Part shown: one piece after another, positions 1-11,199 of the stretch | How the letters are laid out: every line of letters starts with the position of its first letter | How positions within the stretch are numbered: the stretch's first letter is position 1 | Assembly (NCBI GenBank): GCA_030704615.1 | Contig: CM060731.1 | Location: 3,720,001-3,784,000, forward strand | From: Takakia lepidozioides | Taxonomy: Eukaryota; Plantae; Bryophyta | DNA length: 64,000 nucleotides | Direction: 5' to 3' | Made by a program: the position numbers and the translations under genes | The notes under the pieces: generated by a model | Told to the model about the DNA's origin: nothing | The model's database searches: none | What the model saw: the letters and a program-made list of their open reading frames with translations, nothing else

Positions 1-110
1 GTAGTGGACAAGACCTGATTTTCAACCAATCCGAGAGCTTAGTTGTTTGTCCAATCGCTAGTCTGGAACTGCCTTGATTATAGGTATAATATGAGGTAAA
101 TTCTATTCAT

Positions 111-986
111 TTAACCCCTCAAGGACGAGCCTGTTTTTGGTGGGCCCCGTCCAAAACCAGACATACCCTCAGGGATGAGGGTATATCTCCCATTTGACAA
201 ACGTTCCAGGGGATGAACCGTTCCAAAGTCATCCTACCTACTTTACTCACCTGCAGTAAAAATTTCAGGAGATTTGACCATCTAATTTGGAAGATTATAA
301 CAAAAGTTCTAGGCTTTGTTTTTTTTGTTGGATATATTTTCAACATGAAAATTTGGTTTGACCAAGCAGATTGCCAACCTTTTTTATTTTTCATTGATAC
401 AGACTACCCAGATTCAGATTATATGGCACCACCAGCAAAGCCTCCCAAAATTCCAGAGCCAAAATCCAGAAATGCATAATGGTTGCTTTGTATGGGAAAA
501 CAGGGGGGTCAAAATGCCAATTTCTCTCATGGGATCCCCACATCCCCCCAAATGTGGGGCAATTTGTGAGGGAATCCAAATTCCTCCAGTCATGTTGTTG
601 TTTATCTACCTACCGAGTACCCTGGAAAAAAAATTCCACATTCTAAGTTGTTTGCAGGCAAAGATTGCTAAAAAACCGAATCCCTACTTGAATCCTAGCT
701 CCAGCCAAGAATTGCCGGAGCCGGTGGATATTTCCGGCCAAAAAATCCGGCCACGTCATCACAAACTAAGCAAGTCACGGGGGCCTCCACCCTGCGTTTC
801 AGCGTTCTCCCTGCATGACCTACCAACGGCCAACCGCTTCCCACAGCCACACCAAGAAGCATACTCAAAACACAAACTATGAACTGAGGGGGACTTGAAC
901 CCCCTGATCTGCCCATTGTGCAGACACACCCCCCCCCCCCAACCCAAAATGAAACACCCAAAACCCCCCACCCCCGCCACCATTAG
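111..986. mobile_element. Possible left arm of a TTAA-type (piggyBac-like) DNA transposon, interrupted by the gypsy LTR at 987
   Basis: TTAA (111-114) is followed directly by CCCCTCAAGGAC. The interior is non-coding and similar in style to the complete TTAA element at 36269-37088. No matching right end was found in the window. Confidence 0.3.
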
Positions 987-1710
987 TGTCGCGGCCCTTT
1001 GCCTTGAGGGCAGGGGTCGGGACACAAGAGGGCTGCCCCTGTGGTGGGGGCAGTGGCAACAATAGGTACGGGGGCTGAAGCACCCTTGAGTGCCCAAAGC
1101 ACTCAAGGAGGCGGAGGCGCTCACTAGGTGGAGCCCCGCACACCGGGTTGCGGTAGGGGGGGGGGGGGTTCCACGGGGTGTGGTAGCTTAGTGGATCTTA
1201 GTGGGGGTGGCATAGGACTCACCATGGACGGAGACCTTGTGGTGGGAGTCGTGGGGAGTCTTGGGACTCATCACGGTCCAATGGGGCCGTGGTGGGTGGG
1301 CCAAGACTCACCGCGACTCATCACCGGGAATCGAGGGTCTTCGTGGTGGTTCGCCATAAAATGACTGGGTTGTTTGTGAAACCCCCGCGGACAATCACAG
1401 AAGTATATATAGGGAGTAGTAACCCCGAGAACGGTGCAAGCCCGTTGGGACCAAAAACTAGTGAGTAAGCGTGCGAGCCGGAAAGCGACCAAGGTGTGGG
1501 GAGCTGTTTCGGACTGCCAACAACCAAAGGGAATTTCCACTAGGCCCAGAGTGAGCGAGGGTCTTGTGGAGGAGCAAAATAGGGACCGTTATGTCCCGGT
1601 GAGCAGCCGAAGCTCCGAGTTGGCCCGGCAGCCAGTTTGGGAGTTAGGCGCGCGCATCAAGCGAGTAACTATGACTTGAAGAGGAGCTTACCGAAGTGAG
1701 GTGCGTGACA
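987..1710 (+). repeat. 5' LTR of gypsy copy 1 (724 bp)
   Basis: TG...CA ends with short terminal inverted repeat. Homologous to 17161-17886, 27977-28701 and 34211-34935. Confidence 0.95.
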
Positions 1711-1712
1711 CT

Positions 1713-1724
1713 TGGTATCAGAGC
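1713..1724 (+). promoter_or_regulatory. Primer-binding site (tRNA-iMet)
   Basis: TGGTATCAGAGC 2 nt after the LTR end. Confidence 0.93.
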
Positions 1725-1765
1725 TTAGAGTTCAGTACGCGATTGACCTTGAGATCGGCATCATC

Positions 1766-4700
1766 ATGGGATTGGGCAAGATAAAGCAAAAACGAAACGG
1801 CCCAAAAGATGATGATCTTGGTGAGCCCGGTGGGGGCGACGTGTCACCGAAGCGACAATTGGAAGAAGTGATTCATGCTTCTGAAAGCGAGGCCGCTCAA
1901 GAACGGGAGGAATTTCGGGAGTTGGAGCCCGAGGACTTCCGAGAGGCTTCGCCAGACCAAGAGATATCTCACATGCCAGCAGCCTTTTGGGAAGGGTTGT
2001 TGGCGCAATTTGGCAGGACGTTGAAAGACGTGTTGAAGGCGGCTAATGTCACTTCCACTAAGGCAAAGTTTAAGGTGAAGCCTAAGGAACCCGGCAACTT
2101 CAAGGGCGTCCGAAATCAGAAGGCACTCAACACTTGGCTCTTGCAGCTAGAGCAGTACTTCCGGGCAACCAAGTTGAGTGACGAGGATCGGGTGGAAGTG
2201 GCTCCCACCTATTTGAGGGGTTATGCTCAGTAATGGTGGCAGAAACGTCTTCATGACCAAGGTCCAAACCCAGAAACCTTGAGCTGGAGTGGGTTCAAGG
2301 AACTTATGAAAAGACAATTTGTGCCCCTCAACGCGTCCTGGCTCGGCCGGGACAAGATGAGGAATTTGAAGCAACGGATGACATTCGGGGATATGTTCAG
2401 GCTTTCAATGTGCTATTGTTTGAAGTCGCGGATATGGCGGAATCAGAAATGGTCTTGAACTTTGTGGCGGGACTGGCCCCACGGGCCAGGTGGAAGTTGG
2501 AGGGAGAGCCACCTAAGGCTTTGAACGAGGCAATTGAAAGGGCTGAATGTTTCTTGGATGTCCCTAGGGGCGAAAGACAAGGCCGTATAGAGCTGAACCA
2601 CAAGAAGACCCGGCGGGAGGGTGACTCCTTCCAACCAGAAAAGAAGTGGGATAGGCCACGCGGTGACAATGGCACATGGAAATCGAAGGGAGGGCCTTCA
2701 CACGTCAAGGCGGCACCCGATGCTCCGAAACGGCCTATGGCGGACAGAATGCGACCTTCGATGGAGTGTGCTTTAATTGTGGGGAGCCCGGGCACATGGC
2801 TAAGAAGTACGCGAAACCCCGACAATTGAACATGACTCGGGCGACCCCGGAGCTGTCCGAAGATTCCATCAGCCGCTTGGTGGAAGCGGTGGTCGCCAAG
2901 ACTTGCAAGGTAGGCAACTACTCTTGTGAGTTGTATCAGGAGACTGGCCCTTTGCGTAAAGGGAGTCAGTTGATGTTCATGAGTGGGATAATTTCCGGAA
3001 CTAACGTGTCGTTGTTGGTGGACACAGGAGCATCGGACTCCTTCATGACACCGGCAACGGCACGGAAGCTGGGACTCCCGACAAGTGATATGGGGGCCTC
3101 TATTGAAGTACATTCTGCCAAAGGAGAACCACAATTGGCGACGAGGTTGGCGTTCGATGTTCATCTTCAGCTCGGGAGTTGGGAGGGACGTGAGAACTTC
3201 ACCATTTGCGAGATCGATGAAGTGGATCTCATTTTGGGGATGACCTTTTTGAGCAAATCTGGAGCGGTCATAGATGGCCGCAAGAGAATATTCACGCTAC
3301 CATGTGGGAATGGTGGCGAAGTGTTACGGGTTCGGAAACGCCCAACCCGAGTGGGAGGGCAATAAAACCTGCTGTCAGCAAAGGAATGGGCCGTGGAGGA
3401 GCCACACGAGCCCCAGTTTTTGTTTTACGTAAGACAAGTGGAAGGAGAAGTCGATAGGGAGCCGAGCCCAGATTGGATCAAGGAAATTTTGGAGAAATAC
3501 CAGGATGTGATGCCGGAGGATTTACCAAGCGGTTTGCCACCGCGAAGAGGAATTGACCACAAGATAGAGGTGATACCGGGATCGGAGCCGCCTGCCAAGG
3601 CGCCCTACCGGTTGAGCCACAGAGAGTTAGTCGAGCTGAAGGCTCAGCTCAAGGATCTAATGTCAAAGGGGTACATCCGGCCGAGTAAGTCACCCTACGG
3701 AGCCCCGGTGCTATTCACAGACAAGAAGGGTGGGACGCTGCGGATGTGTGTCGATTACAGGGCTCTGAATAAGGTGACTATAAAAAACCGGTACCCTTTT
3801 CCAAGGATTGACGACCTCTTCGATCGGTTGGCAGGAGCGAAGTATTTCAGCTGGATCGATTTGCCCTCCGGCTACCATCAAATCCGATTGGCGGAAGGAG
3901 ATGAGGAGAAGACCGCGTGCAGGACAAGATATGGTTCATATGAGTTCTTGGTGATGCCTTTTGGGCTCACCAACACTCCCGCGACCTTTAGCACGCTAAT
4001 GAACAGCCTTTTTCAGGAGTGGTTGGATGACTTTGTGATCGTGTACATCGACGACATTTTGGTGTACTCAAAAACAAAGGAAGAGCACATAGAGCACCTA
4101 AAAGGGTATTCCAGAAATTGCGGGAAGGGAAGTTGTATGCCAAAGCTTCAAAGTACGAATTCGGGGTCACAAAAGTGGAGTTTCTAGGGCATGTGATTAC
4201 ACAGGATGGGATCAAAATGGATGACAGAAAGGTGAGGGCGATCTTGGACTGGGAGCCTCCGACTTCGGTCCTGGGAGTGCGATCCTTCCTAGGACTCGCC
4301 TCCTATTACCGAAAGTATGTGAGAAATTTCGCCAAGATCGCGGGGCCGCTGTCAGACCTTCTGTGTAAGTCCAAGGTATGGGTATGGAACACCTTTTGTG
4401 GCCAAGCTTTTGCTGAGTTGAAGCAGCGGATGGCGGAAGCTTTAATCCTGAAAATCCCAGAGTTCGACCGTCCATTTGAGATTCATACAGATGCGTCGGA
4501 CTTCGCAATTGGGGATGTGCTCATGCAGGATGGACGTCCAGTGGCTTACGAAAGTAAGAACTTGAATGAGGCGGAGCAATGGTGGCCTACACACGAGAAA
4601 GAAATGAAGGCGGTGGTGCATTGCCTTGAGCTTTGGCGCCACTATGTTGGTTCCCGGTGAAGGTGTTCACGGACAATGTCACGGTGAAATATTTTGCCAC

Positions 4701-6531
4701 GCAGCCTAAGTTGTCCCCAAAACAACTTAGGTGGCAAAACACTTTGGTAGTGTTTGACGTGGATATCCAGTACAAACCAAGACGGGACAATGTGGTGGCC
4801 GATGCTTTAAGTAGAAAGCAGCAGCTCATGTTGGTGTACAGGGGCGAGACGGCGCTCCAAAGGAAGATCCGGAAGGCTTACCCGAAGTCCGTGATTCGGG
4901 ACTTAAGGCTGGGGATTAAATTGCAGTTCCACTTGCACAATGGACTGCTTCGGTACAAGCAAGAGCGCCTCTACGTGCCGAAAGGAGAGATCAGAGATAG
5001 TCTCTTGAGAGAATGCCACGATGGCCCGCTTGCGGGCCACGGCGGAGCCAAGCGAACCGTGGCACTCTTGAAAAAAAAGTATTTCTGGCCCAAACTGAGG
5101 GAGGAGGCCGAAGAGTATGTCAAGACATACACCACATGCCAACAAAACCGGAGCGAGTACAAAAAACAAGTGGGGCTGTTACAACCCTTGCCGATTCCAG
5201 AGGGGTCTTGGGAAAGTGTCTCGATGGATTTCATAACTACTATGCCGCTGTCAAAAGGATTCGATGCAATCATGGTGGTGGTGGATAGGTTCAGTAAAAT
5301 GGGTCATTTCATTCCCACCAAGGAGACGGCAACGGCGCAGGAGACGGGGCGACTTTACTTCGCCCACATCTTCAAGCATCAGGGACTTCCGAAAGATATT
5401 GTCTCGGACTGCGATCCAAAGTTTACAAGTAAATTTTGGAGGGCACTTTGGAAGAAAATAGGGACGAGGCTCAAGATGAGCACCGCCTTCCGACCTACGA
5501 CAGACGGCCAAACGAAAAGAGAATGTGGGTGAAGCAGATCTTGCGGAATTATGTGTCAGCAGACCAATCAGACTGGGTGGAGCACTTGGATGCGGCAGAG
5601 TTCTATTATAATAACACAAAACACTCCGCAACGGGAGTTTCCACTTTCGTATTGGTCTATGGAAAAGCACCTTTGGTGCCGACAAATAGGGCCGCCCAGG
5701 ACGTTGAGGAACCGGCAGCAGTAGCGGTGCTGGAAGAACGCAAGTGTTTGTTGGAGCTCGCAAAGTACAACATTGCCAAAGCTAGGAAACGGTAATGATG
5801 GCAGGCGAATCGGAAGCGGAGGGAGTTTGAGGCAGGCACGGAGGTCTAGTTGAACATCAAGAATTTTCGACTACCTCCGGGAGTGAATCCAAAGTTTGTA
5901 CCTCCGTATGCGGGGCCCTTTCGCATCCGGAAGGTTATGAATGAGATTGTGTATAAATTGGAGCTGCCGGCAAACAGCAAAGTGCATCCGGTATTCCACG
6001 TCTGCCTTACTTCAAAGACGAAGTAAGGCAGGCGTATGAAAGGCAGGCGAATCGGAAGCGGAGGGAAGTGAAGTTTGAGGCAGGCACGGAGGTCTGGTTG
6101 AACATCAAGAATTTCCGACTACCTCCGGAAGTGAGTCCAAAGTTCGTACCTCCATATGCGGGACCCTTTCGCATCCGGAAGGTTATGAATGAGGATGTGT
6201 ATGAATTGGAGCTGCCGGCAAACAGCAAGGTGCATCCAGTATTCCACGTCTCCCTTTTGAAGCCTTACTTCAAAGATGAAACGCGTCCGAATCGGCATCA
6301 AGTGTTGCGTCCGCCACTTGTGCTGTTGGATCATGTTCAGATGAACCTGAGTACGAGGTGGAGGCAGTGCTTAAGTCGAGGAGGTTCAAGAATCGAGAAA
6401 CGGAGTATCTCGTGAAATTGAAGGGTTATCATCAAGTGGAGGCAACTTGGGTGCGTGCCTCAGAAATGGGAAACGCATCCGAGGCGGTTGCAGCTTTCGA
6501 ATGGTGACCTCGAAACCGGAAGAAGCGTTGA
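1766..6531 (+). pseudogene. Disrupted gag-pol of copy 1 (gag, CCHC, protease, RT, RNase H, integrase, chromodomain)
   Basis: ORF fragments with [30 protein letters not shown], Hxxxxxx[19 protein letters not shown] and YEVEAVL..YLVK. Several stops and frameshifts, and a ~242-bp tandem duplication at ~5800-6280. Confidence 0.95.
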
Positions 6532-7407
6532 TGGGGACATCAACCTTGGATCGTGGGGGAGGAAATGTATGATTAGCCCGGCTTAGCTAGCTCAGGAATC
6601 CGATTACAAAAACTTGTGTTGTACAAATTTTGTTATAAATGAAATGGTTTCCAAATGTTGTGCGTCCTATTTTGTTTGGAATGGTGATGCATGGTATGGT
6701 TGGCTAGTGTGTAGAATGCATGCTAGCTTACAAAAGTGGAAGAGGTGAATTGGATTAATTGTACAATTGCGCAGTGCCGAAATCGGGTGACTCCCATCCA
6801 AGGGGCAAGGAAACTTGCGCCTTCTTTGGGAGTTCACGTGCTAGTGCGTACCTGGTGCGTGCGCGTACTATAACTGCGTTACCAAGGGGGTTGTCTTGTA
6901 GTGCGGATTAACGCGGAAGCTACTTGCTTCCGTTCACGTACTATAATCGTGTAACCTTGGGACGAAGTTGTATTGCGGCTTCGGTGTATTCCCGTACCTC
7001 AGGCTAGCATTCCAAGGCGGACCCAATTGTAGTGATTGGGACGCATGGTTGGTTCAAGGTTATCTTCCTAGTCAAAAATGGTTCAAGGTGAACCCTTGCT
7101 GATGCCAAAAGTGGCATCATGAGCGATCCCAGATTCGATCCTCGGGGAGGGTCGTTCCTTGGCCTTGAAGTGGGCTAAGAAGAGTGCACTGGGTGGAGCT
7201 TGAGAGGCTTCACCCTTGGCCGGGACTTGGAGGAAGTCGGCCGAACTAGCTAGTAGAGAGTTGAGTCAAGTGGGGGTTTGGTTCTTTGCCATGGGACGCC
7301 ATGGTACGGAAACAAACTCCTTGATGTGGGACGCCACAACTTGGATGTTTGTTTCTACAAAATGGACAAGTCGATGAGGACATCGACTCCTTGTTGGTAG
7401 AGGTGTG

Positions 7408-8366
7408 TGTCGCGGCCCTTTGCCTCGAGGGCAGGGGGTCGGGACACAAGAGGGGCTGCCCCTGTGGTGGGGCACTACAACAGATCGCGGTAATTATGAC
7501 TGCCAAACCATGGTAGTCATGGTTTTCATGACTTTGACCATGACTGCACCATGTTTTTATATGAAATTGACCTCCCGCAGTCGTTCATACGACTGTAGTC
7601 ATATGAACGACTATCTAAATAGTTTTCTGTATGACTACATGGCTTCGGAATGGGCGGAAGGTTGGTCAACGGCAATTGACCAGATTTAGCTCACCATTCA
7701 TAGTCATTTCCATGACTACAGTGTACATGGATGAGGTTACATAGTCATGATGACTATTGGCGATTTTGTAATTTGGTGTGTATAATACAATTAAAACACC
7801 ATATGATCATATGAATGACTAATGGGTGAATTGGTTAACAGGTAGTGAACTATAACTCTTATAGTAAAGAGGTTGCAGGTTCAAACTCCTCTAAGTACAA
7901 TCAAATGGATAAGATGGCCCTAGGGTTAGTAGGCGAGCTAGGGATAGCATGTGGTACCCTAGATGGATTGCCATGTGGTTTTTTCATTATTATAAAATGC
8001 ATTATGCCACGTGACACAATGCGGTGCGACGCGGCGTTTGAAATAAGTTTTTAATTTTTAATTTTTTTTAATTTAATTTAATATTTTAAATCAATTGCAC
8101 CTCGTCACGTGGCGCGGCAGCGGCGACTGCAGTATGGTATGTATGACTGCAATGAGGGATATCACTTGGTTCATATGACTGTAGTCATCCGGACCGTACC
8201 ATCTTGTACTCATTGTATTGACTTGGTTTGCACGACTTACAGTCATAGAAGTTATATGTACCGTTTATGACTGCAGAATAGTCATATATACAGTCATAAA
8301 TACCGCGATCTGTTGTAGTGGGGGCAGTGGCAACAATAGGTACGGGGGCTGAAACACCCTTGAGTG
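7408..8366 (+). repeat. 3' LTR remnant of copy 1 (7408-7472 and 8321-8366), split by a CACTA insertion and cut off at 8366
   Basis: Matches the first ~105 bp of the 5' LTR, including the copy-specific CAACAATAGGTACGG. Preceded by purine-rich GGTAGAGGTGTG. Confidence 0.9.
7473..8320. mobile_element. Non-autonomous CACTA element (848 bp)
   Basis: Perfect 20-bp TIRs CACTACAACAGATCGCGGTA / TACCGCGATCTGTTGTAGTG. 3-bp GGG target site duplication (TSD): the LTR G5 run becomes G4+G4. Many ATGACT/AGTCAT subterminal repeats. Confidence 0.95.
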
Positions 8367-8749
8367 GGGGGCTGCTATTTCATGAGCCATGAGCAGAGTC
8401 GTAAGTGTCGGAAAAAACATGAGCAGGACTATTTTCCAGAAATGAGTGTCCGTGGGAATAGGGTTGAGGGTGTCACGGTCATAGGGGGAGAAGGACCTCC
8501 CGATGAAGGAGATTCGGCAATGTTTTTTAGAATTACATATTGAAAGGCAATGTTTCGCGAATGGTAGGGTGGTAGTGCTCTGTACAATGGGGGCCCATTT
8601 CAGCCTACCAGCCATTTGCAAAATCCACCCACACTCCCTATCCCAAACGAAATGAGGAATGATGTATTCTGGGAACGATGGATACAGAATAGAACAAAAG
8701 ATGGTACAATGGGGTTTTTATTGATCCACATGAATTGTTTCGATGACTA

Positions 8750-9140
8750 ACATGGAAATGCGGTGCCGCATTTCCAGAACGGACATCGTTGTTTCTCCAA
8801 TTCCAGACCCTTCGACGGAAATGTTGCACCGCATTCCATTGTCCAATGCAAAATTTTGATGACGGACATGGAAATGCGGTGCCGCATTTCCAGAATGGAC
8901 GTCTTTGTTTGTCTAATTCCAGACCCTTCGACGGAAATGCGGCACCGCATTCCATTGTCCAATACAAAATTTTGATGATGGACATGGAAATGCAGTGCCG
9001 CATTTCGAATTCGAAGTATGGAAATGCCATGTCAAGAAATGAAATGCGGCACCGCATTTCCGTTACGACCAGAACGGAGGAGTGGGAGCTGCCATAAATT
9101 GCTGCATGGAGAAAAATGAAATGTGGTGCCACATTTCCGA
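8750..9140. repeat. Array of ~22-bp palindromes (GAAATGCGG-TG/CA-CCGCATTTC) within a ~116-bp tandem unit
   Basis: About 7 copies here, plus 2 in the inverted arm at ~9959 and 10021. Confidence 0.85.
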
Positions 9141-9413
9141 GCTTGGGCATGTACATGTTTCCTTTTACTCAGATATGGATTTCCTTCACCTCAGGACTCT
9201 GATATCGCTAACCTTTACATATTCATGTGGACAAGGACATTGTAGAAATGAGACCACAAATTGTAAAGAGTGGGTCAATTACAACAATTCTTGAATACAT
9301 TGAAACACAACACACAGAAGTGAGGGACGATGGGTTGTTTTATTGATCGAACACGGTGTCTCACATTTAGCAACTCCAGACAAATCTAAGCCCTTCTGCC
9401 TTCTACATGGGCG

Positions 9414-9938
9414 TCACCGAGTCGACAGAACTTCGATAGCCCTCAAAACAAGCTCATTACTGACGCGGCACCTCCAGGTAAACTGCAATGCGGTCGTTCT
9501 GGTGCCCTTGGTAGAGCTGACGACAATGTCATGCCCATCAATGATACCACCATCATACATTGACAAGGTAACTATGGGCCTTATGTGCCCGTGCGATTCG
9601 TCTTTGCAACTCAGCCGAATGTCTTCATACACTGGAAGAGCGGAGTGACTCCCACGAATATAGTTTTCCCCGGTGCCGTTATCCCTGGTCCACTGGCAGC
9701 AGTTCCAGCGCCAAAGCGAGGCCGTGCGTGATCTGTTCGGCATCCCATTCCAGCTTGGTATATCGAGGTCAACATTTTTCAGGACCCACGGACCGCATAG
9801 TCCCTCGCCCTCACCTTGCTCAAATCGGTAATAGCCCTCCAAATACTCCATTGCGCGCAAACTCTCCCGCTTGATTCCAGAAGCGTCAGTGAAAACAGAG
9901 AGCCACACAATGATGTCTCCTGATTCTGGTTTGAACAT
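9414..9938 (-). CDS. Hypothetical 174-aa protein inside the foldback element
   Basis: Uninterrupted ATG-started ORF between the inverted arms. No family recognised. Confidence 0.35.
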   Translation of the reverse strand: MFKPESGDIIVWLSVFTDASGIKRESLRAMEYLEGYYRFEQGEGEGLCGPWVLKNVDLDIPSWNGMPNRSRTASLWRWNCCQWTRDNGTGENYIRGSHSALPVYEDIRLSCKDESHGHIRPIVTLSMYDGGIIDGHDIVVSSTKGTRTTALQFTWRCRVSNELVLRAIEVLSTR

Positions 9939-10269
9939 CGCATATCGTATTGGACAATGGAATGCAGTGCCGCATTTCCGTCAAAAGGTCTAGAATTGGA
10001 CAAACAACGATGTCCATTCTGGAAATGCGGCACCGCATTTCACTACAACAGATGAGCATTTTTATGACTTCATATATGACTATTTTTTCAGTCTTATATG
10101 CGTTCATGACTACATCACTCTGTAGTGAAAAAAGCCCTGCCATAGCGATTAGTCCTTAGGACTGCGTTTTGCAAGTCATATCCGTGACTGCTTGCGTGGC
10201 ACCTGGAGTCCTGCTGCAGAGAGGGTTGCAGTCACAACTATATGACTAATACATGACTACATTGTCTGT

Positions 10270-10620
10270 TGAACGCTGCCTACATGGAGAGGCTTCAGCG
10301 GGACACGTGCGCCACTGCGCAAGCGACACGTCATGCATTCGTCAGGGGATCGTATGACTATATGTCTGCAAAGTGATGCCTACATGGAGAGGCGACGGAT
10401 GGACACGTGCGCCACTGCGAATTTGACATGTCACGATTTATTGCCATGATCATATGACTACATGTCTGCACAGTGATGCCTACATGGAGAGGCGCTAGCG
10501 GGACACGTGTGCTATGGCAGATTTCACACATGGTGACTACATGACTCGCTCATATGACTACAGGGATGTCTACATGGAGAGTTGTTAGGGGGACACCTGT
10601 TGCACTTGAGATGTGACATG
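10270..10620. repeat. ~100-bp tandem subterminal repeat (TGCCTACATGGAGAGGC...GGACACGTG), 4 copies
   Basis: Units start at ~10277, 10377, 10477 and 10567. Confidence 0.8.
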
Positions 10621-11199
10621 TGGCACACAGACAAAATATATGACTACGGATCTTTACACGTGGTGAAAATATGGATAAAGAATGCCGTGTCATTTACTGC
10701 CACGTGTTCTGGTTTGAGCAGGAGAGATGCCACGTGTCATCAAGATTGTTTTCCGAAATAGTTTATATTTTTAATGTTTATATTTTAATTTTTAGTTTTC
10801 ATTTAATATTTAAAAGAACAGGGTGCAGCCTTGGAAAATTTTATTAAATGGTATTATTTTTAATAATATTATTTAAAATGAAAGTGAATTAAATGATTTA
10901 AATTCTTCATTACATGGTGAAATTCCAACATGAAAACAGAATGGATCCCTCCTGCATACTATCAACCACAAGGAGAATGAAAATAGTCAACTACAGGGCA
11001 ATACAAGCCCTATAAATCACATTACAAAAATCAAATGAGACCAATGTCCCAATGGACACCTCAAAAGCCACAAGGTCAAAAAATCCATGCCTCAAAAGGC
11101 CCCAAAAAACAAGCAAGCCCACACATGGGCTGAATTGTTGTAGCTAGTATGTTCTGGTGCTATTAGAATCAAGAACTCTATTAAACAGTGCAATACTGA

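Larger units (their letters stand above)
987..8366 (+). mobile_element. Ty3/gypsy chromovirus (Galadriel-like) LTR retrotransposon, copy 1; 3' LTR interrupted and truncated
   Basis: 5' LTR TGTCGCG...CGTGACA, PBS, then gag-PR-RT-RH-INT-chromodomain. PPT and second LTR start at 7408. RNase H region [21 protein letters not shown] resembles the Galadriel clade. Confidence 0.95.
8367..10040. mobile_element. Foldback / MULE-like element with palindromic subterminal repeats and an internal orphan ORF; right arm interrupted by CACTA
   Basis: Begins abruptly inside the LTR. GGAAATGCGGTGCCGCATTTCC-type palindromes occur at ~8755-9140. The 9947-10040 segment is the reverse complement of the left repeat unit. 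Confidence 0.6.

Noticed and set aside
880-930. tRNA-like B-box hairpin on the - strand (also ~7823-7895 on +)
   Set aside because: Only partial box matches, with no cloverleaf or SINE tail.
8750-9140. CRISPR-like array of palindromic repeats
   Set aside because: The spacers are themselves repeated (116-bp unit and an inverted copy), there are no cas genes, and the context is eukaryotic TE DNA.
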